Under the pieces are notes generated by a model that had not been told where the DNA came from, did not search any database, and saw only the letters and a list, made by a program, of their open reading frames with translations. The translations under genes and the position numbers were made by a program. Below are positions 20,509-31,419 of a DNA stretch of 64,000 bases, piece after piece; the first letter of the stretch is position 1, and the number at the start of each line of letters is the position of its first letter. Location of the stretch: positions 5,216-69,215 of IMG/VR virus record IMGVR_UViG_3300033145_001255; one strand, given 5' to 3'. Source of the DNA: a virus.

Positions 20509-21099
20509 ATGAACAAAATTTCAACGGATGATTTAGCCCCGTGTCACATGCCATTCTTCAAGCGCCACATAGATCCACTGCGCAAGCAATACCCGAACTT
20601 CAAGATACTGGCGTTCACTACGCCAGACTGGAATTACACAATCCCGAAAGGCGAGGAAGATACAGACAATAACATCCTTACAAACGAGAAGTTCCAGAGG
20701 TTCTGTAAGAGCAGGAAGGACTGGCTATACTTAGGCATGCATGGCTATCACCACACCGAGAACTTCACAGGCTTGAAGGCAGACATGCAACCGCTATTCG
20801 ACCATGCCCGCAAGTGTCTCGACTTCATGGCAGATAAAGGCGCGTCTGTCGTCAATGCCTTCAAGGTCCCTTTTTATCACTGGAACGAGAGCGCGGCGTT
20901 ATGCGCCAAGCAGGCAGGGTTCAGGTGGTTCTATATAACTAACGGCGTGATAGACCTAGATACATTTAGATTCTATTCGCGCGCTGAGCTCGGGCTTGTT
21001 GACTCGCACACCAACCCCAAGAAAGATGTTAATCTTGTTGACAGGATAGACCTGCAACCGTTCAGGTTTATAGATGATATGTTCGAGGTGATTAGATGA
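20509..21099 (+). CDS. Polysaccharide-deacetylase-like protein (NodB fold)
   Basis: STDD, LGMHGYHH, FKVPF and late HT metal-binding pattern. Confidence 0.6.
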   Translation: MNKISTDDLAPCHMPFFKRHIDPLRKQYPNFKILAFTTPDWNYTIPKGEEDTDNNILTNEKFQRFCKSRKDWLYLGMHGYHHTENFTGLKADMQPLFDHARKCLDFMADKGASVVNAFKVPFYHWNESAALCAKQAGFRWFYITNGVIDLDTFRFYSRAELGLVDSHTNPKKDVNLVDRIDLQPFRFIDDMFEVIR

Positions 21100-21697
21100 A
21101 CTGGAAATGTTTTTTATTCGGGCATAAAAAAGAAGTTGCCGAAGATATAATCAAGCGGCGCTTCAATAGATGCGCGAGATGCAAGACTAAATTACCGTAT
21201 GATGGGCTAATTGTAAATCAAAATTGTTATAATAACTTCATGCTGCTGTCATTCCATCTAGATACTTTTGAGAATAAGTATAACATCAGAGTAAACAGCT
21301 TATCGTCATTACGTTTAGAAACTAAAATAATTCGCTTTCATGGCGAGTGTATTGACAAATATTCTGAATGGGTATCAGGAAATAGAAGCAATACTATAGT
21401 ATATCAATTTATAACTATTGATTCTGTAAACAGGCGCCACTTCATCAGGCACAATACGATTAGTCTTATAGCGCTTAATAGCACTGTGCTTGAAGACTTG
21501 ACATCAACCGCAGATATGGTGGCGCGTGATGTATTTGCATGCTATAACAATGCAGTGATGATAGCAAAGAAAGACATGACAACCGATTTTTATATCAATG
21601 ACATCAGGCAGTTAAGACCTATGAACGTGCCAGCTGCGAAAGAACTGAATCATGATGCGTTGCCAGTTGAAATAGAATATGTTTAGGAGATGATTAA

Positions 21698-22282
21698 ATG
21701 ACTGACCAAGACACAGACTTCAATGACTTCTTCGACGAGATAGAACTGACTTACGAACAGCGAGTCACACTCAAGGCATACAATTACTTCTTCACAATGG
21801 AGCGGATAGTCCTGACTATGAAGAAGACAGCGAGCATACTGGACGTGGGCTGCGCCGACGGTATGTTCTACCAGCACTTGCGCGACGAGCAGTTCACAGG
21901 CATTATAGACGGGGTCGAGATTTCGCCGAAGGGCAGGAAGGAATACTATAAACGCCACCCGAAAGATACTGTACTGTTTGATAGCATTGACAATATCCAG
22001 GGCAAGTATGATATCGTGACGGCCCTGCAGACACTGGAACACCAGGCGAAACCAGAAGAGCTATTGAAGAAGATGTACGACTGCGCTAAGCACATGGTAA
22101 TCTTCACAGTCCCGAACAACGACTCCATCAAGAGCAAGACCCACAGGTCGGTCATCGGCTATTACAAGGTCTGCGAGATGTGCGAGTCGTTATGCGCGAA
22201 AGACTATCACATCTATATGATCAACCGCGACAGGAAATTCGCGCCTGACATGACATGTCTCGGAGTGGTGATTCTCAAATGA
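21698..22282 (+). CDS. Class I SAM-dependent methyltransferase, paralog of 32763-33368
   Basis: ILDVGCADG, GVEIS, YDIV, QTLEH, FTVPN. Confidence 0.85.
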   Translation: MTDQDTDFNDFFDEIELTYEQRVTLKAYNYFFTMERIVLTMKKTASILDVGCADGMFYQHLRDEQFTGIIDGVEISPKGRKEYYKRHPKDTVLFDSIDNIQGKYDIVTALQTLEHQAKPEELLKKMYDCAKHMVIFTVPNNDSIKSKTHRSVIGYYKVCEMCESLCAKDYHIYMINRDRKFAPDMTCLGVVILK

Positions 22283-22764
22283 CACACCAGATAATCCCGT
22301 CTGTCCTGCAGGACGAGCAGCAAGATAGGTTTACATGGTCCGAGTTCGCGGCCATGTTCTTGATACTTGTCGCCGCGTCACTGCTCGGTAATATACTGTT
22401 CACTGCGCTATATGTCACAGACGCGTCAGACCATAAATACCAGTTCGAGAAGATAGCCCGTAACGTGGCAGGCGACTACGAATATGAGATACATGTATTC
22501 GACTGCTCGGAATTTTCTGAGGAGTTATATCACAGGCTGATAGAGGCGGGCTATGAGCATGTGCGAGTAGAGGGCGGGTGCATGCCTGACAAGAACAACA
22601 GCGCAACCGCAGACTATGACGCGTGTCATGCCTGGGTTGTGCTTACGCTCGGGCATGAAGAGATATTCATCGAGTCTGTAACGGGTGCTATCAAGACGAA
22701 GGCACACTACAGGAAGAACTTCCCATTTATCAATCACATAGTCAAATCAAGCGAGGCGATATAA
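22255..22764 (+). CDS. Membrane-anchored transglutaminase/papain-like cysteine protease
   Basis: N-terminal TM helix, FDCSEFS, HAWVV, FIE catalytic triad pattern. Confidence 0.65.
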   Translation: MSRSGDSQMTHQIIPSVLQDEQQDRFTWSEFAAMFLILVAASLLGNILFTALYVTDASDHKYQFEKIARNVAGDYEYEIHVFDCSEFSEELYHRLIEAGYEHVRVEGGCMPDKNNSATADYDACHAWVVLTLGHEEIFIESVTGAIKTKAHYRKNFPFINHIVKSSEAI

Positions 22765-22979
22765 TGGAAATGAAAGAGCATATCCTGAACACGATTAAGG
22801 CAAGCCCGCACAGGGACGAGGACGGCTGGGTAAGTTCGTACTACTTGGCGAAAGACGCTAAAGTTTCAAATACAACTATCATGATGCGCGCCTCTGACCT
22901 GGCACTAGACGGCAAGCTCGAGCGCAAGGAAGAGACTGTCAAGAACGTGCGCAGGATTATGTGGCGGGTCAAGTTGTAG
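22764..22979 (+). CDS. Winged-helix DNA-binding protein
   Basis: 71 aa, LAKDAKVSNTTI HTH followed by a wing. Confidence 0.55.
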   Translation: MEMKEHILNTIKASPHRDEDGWVSSYYLAKDAKVSNTTIMMRASDLALDGKLERKEETVKNVRRIMWRVKL

Positions 22980-23176
22980 TTCTAATGCGCAAGCGCAATC
23001 TAGCCCTAGATCCGTCTGGCAAAGCTTAATCCCCCTTTCGGTCTGCGGACACGAAACGCGGTTAAGCTTACATAAAATCATTTGGTTCAGTCTGGTGAAG
23101 ATGATTTTAATGCCAGCCATATTCGGAGATTAACTGAGCCGCAAGCGGCTTTAGTAAAACGAATTGGTGATGAGAC
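22980..23176 (+). ncRNA. Structured RNA leader, copy B
   Basis: CTGGCA/TGCCAG closing stem, AAGCTTAA/TTAAGCTT and TAAAATCATTT/AGATGATTTTA. Covaries with copy A. Confidence 0.5.
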
Positions 23177-23293
23177 ATGAGTGTGAACAGGGAGTACATG
23201 GAGAAGTTTAAGGATTACAGTTGGGCTAGTTCCAACATGATACACGCATTGGTAAGTACGCAGTGCGTGCATAACATATTCAGCAGTAATTGA
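23177..23293 (+). CDS. 38-aa micro-protein, copy B
   Basis: MSVNREYMEKFKDYSWASSNMIHALVSTQCVHNIFSSN, preceded by a TTGGTGA SD-like sequence. Confidence 0.7.
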   Translation: MSVNREYMEKFKDYSWASSNMIHALVSTQCVHNIFSSN

Positions 23294-23404
23294 TTCTGCT
23301 TTATTTTTTTTATATTTAAATGATAAGCGCCTTAAGACCTTGGCTCGATTGGTGAGGGCGCAGAAGCAAAACTATAAATACAACCTCGACATAAAGTAGA
23401 GTCT

Positions 23405-23848
23405 ATGAGCGTAGCAGCAGACCAGCTTCTAAGATGGGCACTGAACTTCCATCACCCTGACTTCAAAGAGATATGGATTAAACATAAAGAAGCATCACTA
23501 GCAACTGGCGTGCAATCATTTGATATTGATATATCCAAACTAGGCACGACAAGAATAGTCAAGGAAGTAAGAATCTCTGTCGGGGCAGACGGCTCGGAAC
23601 AGGGCGCTGGTTCATACGCGCAGTTCCATAATAAAGCAACAGCACCATCAGGCGACGACTTGACACCTGGCACGTCAACTACACTGATGGGCGAGGCATA
23701 TTTCATCAACGATACTTCTGATACATGTCTCAAGATGAAATTCAAGCGCATTAAAGAAACGATACTAGACAAGCAATATATCTATATGAACCATGCCAAA
23801 GGCTCGTCAGCAGATGTATATGTATCACTTCTGATAATGTATAAATAA
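23405..23848 (+). CDS. Putative virion protein
   Basis: TATAAATAC promoter upstream. First gene of the second structural block. Confidence 0.45.
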   Translation: MSVAADQLLRWALNFHHPDFKEIWIKHKEASLATGVQSFDIDISKLGTTRIVKEVRISVGADGSEQGAGSYAQFHNKATAPSGDDLTPGTSTTLMGEAYFINDTSDTCLKMKFKRIKETILDKQYIYMNHAKGSSADVYVSLLIMYK

Positions 23849-23880
23849 TTATATATACTGGCTAATACTATTTTCTATTC

Positions 23881-25194
23881 ATGTACTGCACAATCACGGA
23901 AGTAAGGAACTCAATCAACCTCGAAGCAGAGGAACCAGACGACGATATCATAACAGACTTCATCGAGCGGGCAGACGCGGAGATAGATCTCTGGAACTCG
24001 GGCGACGCCGCCAACCATACAGACTCGATTGAATACTCGCTCAACAGGTCAGTCTATAAGCTCAACCACGATTTCAAGAAAGTGCGCGCAGTCAGAATAG
24101 CAATCAATACCCTGGACGAGTTCAACGAGAATAACATCATAGCCAATGCCTACGTGGAGTCCGCGTCCAACGGCGAGGATGTAGACTGGTGGACGGACGA
24201 GGCAGGCACAGGCGATACACTGGCATGGTCGCAGGACTACTCGTTCACAATGGACAGGTCATTGAAGATTACCAAGGCCGCGGCTGTAAACTCGTACTGG
24301 GAGTCAGACGGTCAGTCTGTTAAAACAACTGCCGAGTTCCGGGCATCAGCCAGAATAAAAGTAGATGCCAACACAACCGGCAAGGCATACCTCAAACTCG
24401 TGTTCGAGGACACGGCAGGCACAGCTATCAAGACATTCACATCCGAGGCAGTAAGCCAGGAGATAACACAGCCGTCAAGTGCGTCGGTAATCGCGTGCGT
24501 GTCAGACTCGACATCAGACACAACGCAGGTAATGACTGTCGAAGGCACAGCCAACGGCATAAACACAGTCGAGACAGTCGAGCTTACCGGCACAGACTCG
24601 GTATCTACCGCAAACTCGTTCAGCTACATCAGGGGCATACGCAAGTCGTCAGACAGCGCAGGCACAGTAACAGCCACAAGCAATTCAGGCGCGGTAACAA
24701 ACGCGACCTTCACCGCCAAGCAGTCAGAGAAGTCAGACTGGATTAAGGCAGAGGTCGAGGGCAGTGCCAGCCCGGAAGGGTACGTGGCTAAATTGCAGTT
24801 CTACGTCTCGTCGAGTGCAACCACAGGCTCGGCATACGCAGACTCGTTCACACTCAAACAGCGCAACTTCAAGCCATTATACGCTACGCGCGAGATTAAG
24901 CTATATGAAACCTATACTGATAATGTTCAGTTTGAAGTTGATTACACGCGCTCGGAGAGATCCAAGCTGGTCAGGCAATTATCTAAAGACCTGGCCTCAT
25001 TCTACATCATCGGCTTGCATTTCGGGATTGAGACTTCGTGCAAGTCTTACGACGATATGCGCATGAGATTCTACGGCGGGAAACTGGCAAGCCCGAAACT
25101 GGTTGTCATATTCCTGCGCATAGAAGACAACAAGACGCAGCTATTGAAATACGATAATATCTGTACTGACTATGTAATGGGCGAGTCACCATGA
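23881..25194 (+). CDS. Head-tail adaptor/connector with inserted carbohydrate-binding (CBM4-like) domain
   Basis: MYCTITEVR...DDIITDFIERADAEID N-terminus and LVRQLSKDLAS C-terminus of connectors. Internal SLKIT..FRASARIK..W....AYADSF jelly-roll pattern. Confidence 0.6.
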   Translation: MYCTITEVRNSINLEAEEPDDDIITDFIERADAEIDLWNSGDAANHTDSIEYSLNRSVYKLNHDFKKVRAVRIAINTLDEFNENNIIANAYVESASNGEDVDWWTDEAGTGDTLAWSQDYSFTMDRSLKITKAAAVNSYWESDGQSVKTTAEFRASARIKVDANTTGKAYLKLVFEDTAGTAIKTFTSEAVSQEITQPSSASVIACVSDSTSDTTQVMTVEGTANGINTVETVELTGTDSVSTANSFSYIRGIRKSSDSAGTVTATSNSGAVTNATFTAKQSEKSDWIKAEVEGSASPEGYVAKLQFYVSSSATTGSAYADSFTLKQRNFKPLYATREIKLYETYTDNVQFEVDYTRSERSKLVRQLSKDLASFYIIGLHFGIETSCKSYDDMRMRFYGGKLASPKLVVIFLRIEDNKTQLLKYDNICTDYVMGESP

Positions 25195-25682
25195 CAGCCA
25201 ACGACCATATCAGGCTCGCCGTCCGGGGCTTAAGAGACGACCTGCGCAAGCTGACAGACCCGATTTCCACGACGCGTAAAGGCTCGTGGATTATTATCGG
25301 CAGGCATTGTAACAAGGACGCGCAGACCCCGCAGGTCTATATCAGGATGACAGACGAGCAGCCGGGCGAGCAGTACCAGGGCTCGGGCCCGAGAAGCTAC
25401 AGGCCGATTATCCAGCTGGATATCAGGGTGCGCGACCAGACCAAAGGCACTGTAAATTCTGTGGAATATACCGGCCATGAACTGCAACTGGCAATCTTCG
25501 ACTTGGTGAGCAACAGGATAGACTCGCACAACAAGGAACTGCAAGTCACAGACGGGGCAGTACAGAGGACAGCGTATAACTTTATATGGCGGGTAAGCGC
25601 GGGATACTGCGCGTACGACGAGAAGACGCAGAGCTGGACTATGAAGCCGACCTATATGTGCCACAAGCACAAGCCGACATAA
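25191..25682 (+). CDS. Tail terminator/completion protein
   Basis: 163 aa after the connector, with PQVYI and IQLDIRV patterns. Confidence 0.45.
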   Translation: MTANDHIRLAVRGLRDDLRKLTDPISTTRKGSWIIIGRHCNKDAQTPQVYIRMTDEQPGEQYQGSGPRSYRPIIQLDIRVRDQTKGTVNSVEYTGHELQLAIFDLVSNRIDSHNKELQVTDGAVQRTAYNFIWRVSAGYCAYDEKTQSWTMKPTYMCHKHKPT

Positions 25683-25715
25683 ACTATTTATATGATATGA
25701 TTCTAAGATGATATT

Positions 25716-25979
25716 ATGAACTTCGGCGGAATTACAATGTTGTTGAAGCGCAAGCGCACAGACTTACCTAATCGCGTATATTCCGGTTCTGATTGTACTG
25801 GCAGCAATAACGCAAAGGGCAGGACACTGACACATACCCATATCCTCGGCGACAACCACCTGGTGATTGTTGGCAGGGCGGTAATGATGGAAGGAATAGA
25901 CTATACTGTGTCAGATTGTGTTGTGACCTTTACAGAGATAGAGATTAGTAATTCAGATAAAATCATGTTACATTGCTAA
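25716..25979 (+). CDS. Small beta-domain protein (paralog of 26020-26278)
   Basis: GSDCTGS..R.LT...G....DYT....VTF...I.N.D.I motif. Confidence 0.55.
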   Translation: MNFGGITMLLKRKRTDLPNRVYSGSDCTGSNNAKGRTLTHTHILGDNHLVIVGRAVMMEGIDYTVSDCVVTFTEIEISNSDKIMLHC

Positions 25980-26019
25980 CCCATAGATTTAAATACTACT
26001 TCTATTTATATTATGTAAG

Positions 26020-26278
26020 TATGACAGGCAATCCAGGACAGTGCGGGATATACAGAAATTCTACTCCTCCTCCACTCGAACATACGGGAACTGAATGTAC
26101 TGGCTCTGACAAGGCAGCTGACCGCGTACTGACAATCGCGCGCGAGACCACGCCCGACATGCAGGTACTGGCAGGCGGCAAGCCACTGGCGAGAGATACA
26201 GAATACACTGCCACCGGCAAGACAATAACATTCCTCGTCAAGATATACAATACAGATAATATAGTTGTGAGGGTCTGA
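26020..26278 (+). CDS. Small beta-domain protein (paralog of 25716-25979)
   Basis: GTECTGS..R.LT...G....EYT....ITF...I.N.D.I. TTTAAATA box upstream of ATG 26020. Confidence 0.55.
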
Positions 26279-26283
26279 TACTT

Positions 26284-28596
26284 ATGGCATTCAAAAAAAT
26301 ATTTATTCATTTCACGGTTGCGCTGGTGATGTTCGCCGCGCTCGCTCTGGCAGTAAATTACCCTATGACGCCGAAGGCCGACATCGACCTTCAAGGTCAT
26401 CAGCTTCTCAATGCCGGTAATGTGACTGGCAATATCTCGTGGAAGAGTATCGACGACTGGCCGCCTAACTGCTCGGCTGGCTATTACGTGTCGGGGCTGG
26501 ATGACTCGGTGACATGCACTGACTCTGGCATGGTTGGAAGTACGTGGACAGATTCGCAGAACGCATCAGATAAGAATCTTACTGGTGTTAATGTGCTTGA
26601 AGCGGATGAATTTAATATGGTTCTATACGTTCCAGAAGGAGGTACCGATATGGACATACGAGCCAAGATAGAGGAATGTAATGTTTCGGGAGTTCAATCG
26701 TGTAAAATAATAATCCCTAAAGGTACGTTTAATGTTACTGATCAGATAGTGCCTTTGGAGAATATGACTATTGAAGGGGCAGGTATGGGAATAACTATAC
26801 TAAAAGCAATAAATACGATTGATGAAGCAGTAATTATTCCAAAAACATGGGGTGGGACAAATAGGGAAAGGATAACACTAAGAGATTTCACAATAGATAT
26901 GGATAATTATCAATATCATGGTATTCTGTTGCGTTATGCGAAATACAGTACTGTAGAGAACATCGAAATTAAGAACTCTAATGGGAGCGCATTGTATGTC
27001 AGTTCAGGTACGTGGTATTCTTATTTCAATAATATTCATATACTTGATAATGCTGATGGTTTTGGATTATATCTTGACACATCACACTACAATCGTTACA
27101 ACAACATTCATATAAAAGGCGGTGCAGTTGATGGTTTAGTTGTTAGACAAGCTCGCAATAATGTGTTTACTAATTTTATAATCTCAAATACTGGAAAAGG
27201 TCAAAGTGCAGGTTATGGTTATGGTCATGGTGTACGTGTTATAGACAATGCACGGGAAAATACTTTTGTGAACTTTAAGATATATGATACGTTTGCTAAT
27301 GGTTTCAGACTAAATGGAGGGTATGGGAATGTCGTTATTGGTGCAAATATAATGGATACGGGTAGTACGGGTATCCGATTAAAAGAAGCAGCATATTCAA
27401 CAATATCTTCGTGTTATGTTAGAAATTCAACTCATGCAATTCATGTTTCTGGTGATTATAATACTGTTGTCGGAAATACATTTAAAAGTATGAGAGATAC
27501 ACCGATATATCTAAGTCCAGATTCACCTTATGATTCAGAAAATAATATCATTTCGAGTAACGTTATTTGGAATAATGTTTCTACAGAACCTTTATATTAT
27601 GGTATTCATTTAGCTTCTGGTTGTGATGATAATACAATTATTGGAAATAAAATATCTGGATATAACACTTCAATGATTTATGATTTAGGAGACGATACAT
27701 TTATTGTTAATGAAGGAACTCTTAAAGCAACAAGTGCCGAAATTTCATCTATTGATACTGATGATATAATATCTTCAATTATATACGATAAAACTACTCA
27801 GGGTGTTCAACTTGCAATGAACTTCAATAATGGTAGTGTATATGGCTCTTCGATACTGGATTCATCTTCAGAAAATCATCACGGAATAGTTCATAATGCT
27901 ATTCATAATTCTACAGGGGGATTCAATGGAGGGGGTGTATTTGATTTTGATGGAATTGACGATTATATTGAGATAACCAATGCTGCCGGATTCAACACGA
28001 GTATTACCGGAGAATTAACATTATCTGCGTGGGTGTACCCTCGTGGTTTTGGAGATGCTTTTGGAGGTATGATATCAAAAGGGAGCGGTGTACCTATATG
28101 TTATGCTTTTGCGCATGTGGATACTACGGCAGAATTATATTTCTCATATCGTGATGGTGGTGGATGGCATGATGTTAATAGCGGATTGTATATGCAACAA
28201 GATAAGTGGAATTACATTGCAGTATCTTTTAATGGGACAAATGTAACATTTATAGTCAATGATACTTTTGTTGTTAAACCTTATTTACATACTCTTCCTA
28301 CCTCAACGGGAAGTGTATTTATCGGGCATAACAACGTTAATTACTTTGATGGATTGATAGATGAGGTAGAAATATCTGACCAAGCAATTTCAACAGACAT
28401 ATTACTAGCAAAATATAGAACTCAGAAAGAAAACCCAAACTCATTCGTCTCCCAAAAAAACATCAAAGTAAACACAACAGCAATCTACCCGCAGAATGAC
28501 ATAAACTATGGAACTCACAATTTCACAATGACTGCATCAGATGGAACAATCGGAAACTGTGGAATGTTACCAGACAAAACAATACAATGTAGTTAG
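26284..28596 (+). CDS. Signal-peptide-bearing adhesin/depolymerase: pectate-lyase-like beta-helix + LamG domain
   Basis: IEGAGMGITILKA, repeated N..I..N.I rungs, FDFDGIDDYI, TLSAWVYP, WNYIAVSF, FDGLIDEV. Confidence 0.8.
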   Translation: MAFKKIFIHFTVALVMFAALALAVNYPMTPKADIDLQGHQLLNAGNVTGNISWKSIDDWPPNCSAGYYVSGLDDSVTCTDSGMVGSTWTDSQNASDKNLTGVNVLEADEFNMVLYVPEGGTDMDIRAKIEECNVSGVQSCKIIIPKGTFNVTDQIVPLENMTIEGAGMGITILKAINTIDEAVIIPKTWGGTNRERITLRDFTIDMDNYQYHGILLRYAKYSTVENIEIKNSNGSALYVSSGTWYSYFNNIHILDNADGFGLYLDTSHYNRYNNIHIKGGAVDGLVVRQARNNVFTNFIISNTGKGQSAGYGYGHGVRVIDNARENTFVNFKIYDTFANGFRLNGGYGNVVIGANIMDTGSTGIRLKEAAYSTISSCYVRNSTHAIHVSGDYNTVVGNTFKSMRDTPIYLSPDSPYDSENNIISSNVIWNNVSTEPLYYGIHLASGCDDNTIIGNKISGYNTSMIYDLGDDTFIVNEGTLKATSAEISSIDTDDIISSIIYDKTTQGVQLAMNFNNGSVYGSSILDSSSENHHGIVHNAIHNSTGGFNGGGVFDFDGIDDYIEITNAAGFNTSITGELTLSAWVYPRGFGDAFGGMISKGSGVPICYAFAHVDTTAELYFSYRDGGGWHDVNSGLYMQQDKWNYIAVSFNGTNVTFIVNDTFVVKPYLHTLPTSTGSVFIGHNNVNYFDGLIDEVEISDQAISTDILLAKYRTQKENPNSFVSQKNIKVNTTAIYPQNDINYGTHNFTMTASDGTIGNCGMLPDKTIQCS

Positions 28597-28745
28597 ATTT
28601 ATAGGTGCGAATCTCATTGAGAGCTTTATTCTAAGGTGAAAAAGATGCTGAAAACAATCGACAAAATCATGACCGGAATGTTCGCACTAGTATGCGTGGG
28701 CGCGTGGTATGTATCTGGATTACTCGAAGGACAAGAGGAATACGA

Positions 28746-29732
28746 TTAATACCTCTTAACCTTATCCATTGCCTCGACTATATCTGATTTATTTATGTGT
28801 GCATAATGCGCGGGCATGTTCGAGTTCTTAGACCAGTTCATAATCTTCTTGACAACTGCATCAGAATGTACCTTGAACAATCTAGTTGCTGCGGTGTGCC
28901 TGAACATATGCGGGTGAATCCTATAGTCCAGACCTGCCAGCTTGACAGCTGCGTGCAGGCATTGCAGGAAATGACTATAAGAATAATTGAATACATACTC
29001 GTCCTGATCCAACTTATCAATGTACTTCTTGAACTCGTCCACATACAGCGCAATGTAATACAGATACTTACCGTCACTCTTGCTCTTAGTGCGCTTGCCG
29101 CGAGTGTATATCCACGCGCATTTATAGCCAAACAGTCGAGGAGGCAGTTCAATACCGAACAGCTTGCGTTTGACGTATTGGATATTCTCAGGTATGATAT
29201 TGTATAGTTCTGTCACGCGCATGCCAGTTGAGAACAAGACCTTAGTCATCATGCCTAGCGCAGGGTTCGGCATGTTCTTGTATATCTTCTTGAAGTCTGA
29301 ATAGCTTACTACCTTGCCATACTCGTCTGAGTCGGGGTTGTCGTCCCGGACATTAGGCATTATCTTGATCAGGCTGTTGACTTCTTTGGTGCGCGCCTCG
29401 TCTGCCAATAGGTTCAGATAAGAACGTATGAACAACTGCATGGCTATCTTGGTCCCTGTCAGATATTTAGATTCAACTATCTTTCTATTAAGTTCTATAA
29501 GCTCATTAGCAGATAAGTCTTTCATGTTGTCAGACGGATATACTCGCATGACACGCTTGAACGCGCCCATGTGCTTAAGTATGGTAGGTAGTTTCCGATG
29601 TCTGCCAACCTGCCATGACTCGTAGGTGTTCCAGTCCTTGAAGTTTTTTTTGGACACGTCACGCGCTAGTTGCGCCTTCTGGTTTTCAAACCTTGCGTCC
29701 ATGTAATGAATGTCTCTGATATCGTTTTTCAT
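28746..29732 (-). CDS. Tyrosine recombinase/integrase
   Basis: STGMRVTEL, K, HPHMFRHTAAT, W..NS.MPAHY catalytic set. Confidence 0.9.
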   Translation of the reverse strand: MKNDIRDIHYMDARFENQKAQLARDVSKKNFKDWNTYESWQVGRHRKLPTILKHMGAFKRVMRVYPSDNMKDLSANELIELNRKIVESKYLTGTKIAMQLFIRSYLNLLADEARTKEVNSLIKIMPNVRDDNPDSDEYGKVVSYSDFKKIYKNMPNPALGMMTKVLFSTGMRVTELYNIIPENIQYVKRKLFGIELPPRLFGYKCAWIYTRGKRTKSKSDGKYLYYIALYVDEFKKYIDKLDQDEYVFNYSYSHFLQCLHAAVKLAGLDYRIHPHMFRHTAATRLFKVHSDAVVKKIMNWSKNSNMPAHYAHINKSDIVEAMDKVKRY

Positions 29733-29767
29733 AATATCTCTTGTGACCGAAACTTTAATATACTGGT

Positions 29768-30184
29768 GTGTACCATAACCATGTAATGGAATACAAAGAA
29801 GAAAAGATAGGTATTACAATCCTGATGATAATAGCCGCGCTAGTAGGCGCAGGCTCATCAACTCTCCTGACCGAAGATCAGTTCAAGGACGGGTTTGTAT
29901 GCTCGTCAACAGGTGATGCCAAGTTCTGCACCGGCAACGAGAAACATCCCGCGCCATTATCAGGCTCGTTATCTTCATGCTACTGGACAGATGAAGCCGG
30001 CAAGGGCAGGAGAACATCTTGCAGTGAGGGCTACTGGCAGGGGCTGGACGAGTACTGCGAGATTAACAATGTAGACCCTAAGTCTGTAATCATGGGCATG
30101 GCAAACGAGCCAGTCCAGAGTTATACGGGCAGGGCTAAGACCGAGACTTGCACGCCGGGAGATCCGCGCTGTGTTGCTGACTAG
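29768..30184 (+). CDS. Secreted Cys-rich protein
   Basis: N-terminal hydrophobic helix and multiple Cys. Start probably 29786, after a TTTAATATA box. Confidence 0.55.
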   Translation: MYHNHVMEYKEEKIGITILMIIAALVGAGSSTLLTEDQFKDGFVCSSTGDAKFCTGNEKHPAPLSGSLSSCYWTDEAGKGRRTSCSEGYWQGLDEYCEINNVDPKSVIMGMANEPVQSYTGRAKTETCTPGDPRCVAD

Positions 30185-31419
30185 TTCCAGAGAAAAGTCA
30201 CGTTATCTTCTTCGTAAGTTTTGTTATGCCAGTGCATAGATTCTTCATAATAGATAATATCATAAACAGAACCGTTAGCGTAATAAAGGATTCCTGTATC
30301 ATTATACATCATATGCGTAGTCCACTCACCAATACACCATTGGTTATCTTCCGCGCACAGCCCGTCGCACACGTCGGGATGGTCGGCAATGAACTGCTCG
30401 ACAAGCTCGTCTGCGCAGTCGAGTACTAGCCGTTCCTGCGGGCAGCTCTCGGACATGGACTGCGGCGTGAAGATAAAGACTATGATTAATGTTATTATTA
30501 TTCCAATCATGAATCCCTTATTGACATCTTCCATCTAATCACCCTCGTTCAGTTCCTCGCACTCGAGGCAATACGCGCCCTCGAACCCGCACGGGATTTC
30601 GTGGCATGTCGCGTTATACATTGTTATGTACTTCCATTCTTTGCCGCCAGCATTATAATGCAATGTTGCGCTTCTTATGTTGTCGTCCGGCGCAGCAGTC
30701 CATAACTCAGACAGCGGAATCTTTGTTGTATGTTCTTGACCTGTGACATCTATACCTTCTTCTAGATCGTCCGGCGCAGTAGTCCAATTCTCACTAAAAT
30801 TTATCATTTGTATTCCGCCAGAAGCAGATATTATTCCTGCATCTTCATCTGTGCATCCGAGCGCGAGCATGACGAGCGCCAGCACGAGTATAAGTTTTGG
30901 ATTCATTCAATTACCTCTACATTATAATCAATCAGCTTAACACATGCTGAGAGATGTTTATTACAATCTGTTAGTAGATGAGAACATTTCTGAGAAGTTT
31001 CCACACAGCTTTGTGTTATCTCGATAGCATCACGAGTATTTTTAATACACGGCTCTGTCAATAATTTGTTTGTTACCATGCTTCCAATCGAAAGCGAAAG
31101 GCAGATTATAATCACTAACCAATACCATTTTATTTCCATCTGTTCATCAACTCCTTTTAGTTTTTCAATCACAGTATTTATTTATCAAATCAGCATCACG
31201 AAAGCAGTGCATTGCATTACCGTGTCCTTCTCCGACAAAATAGCAGATCACTTTATCACTGCAATATGTGATGACAACGTAATTATATTTTACACTGCCG
31301 TCTATTGTTCTTATGCTCTGCGCTTCATTAGGTCCAATCGTGATGACCATAGCTAATATACATACAATGAATCCAATTACAATACCCATTGATCCAATGA
31401 TTACTATTGTTCTGTTCAT
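30181..31419 (-). other. Cluster of four small membrane-anchored/lipoprotein genes (30181-30534, 30535-30906, 30903-31172, 31165-31419)
   Basis: Each has an N-terminal TM helix. 30535-30906 has a lipobox-like LALGC. GGAGTTGATGAAC leaders occur on the - strand. Confidence 0.6.
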
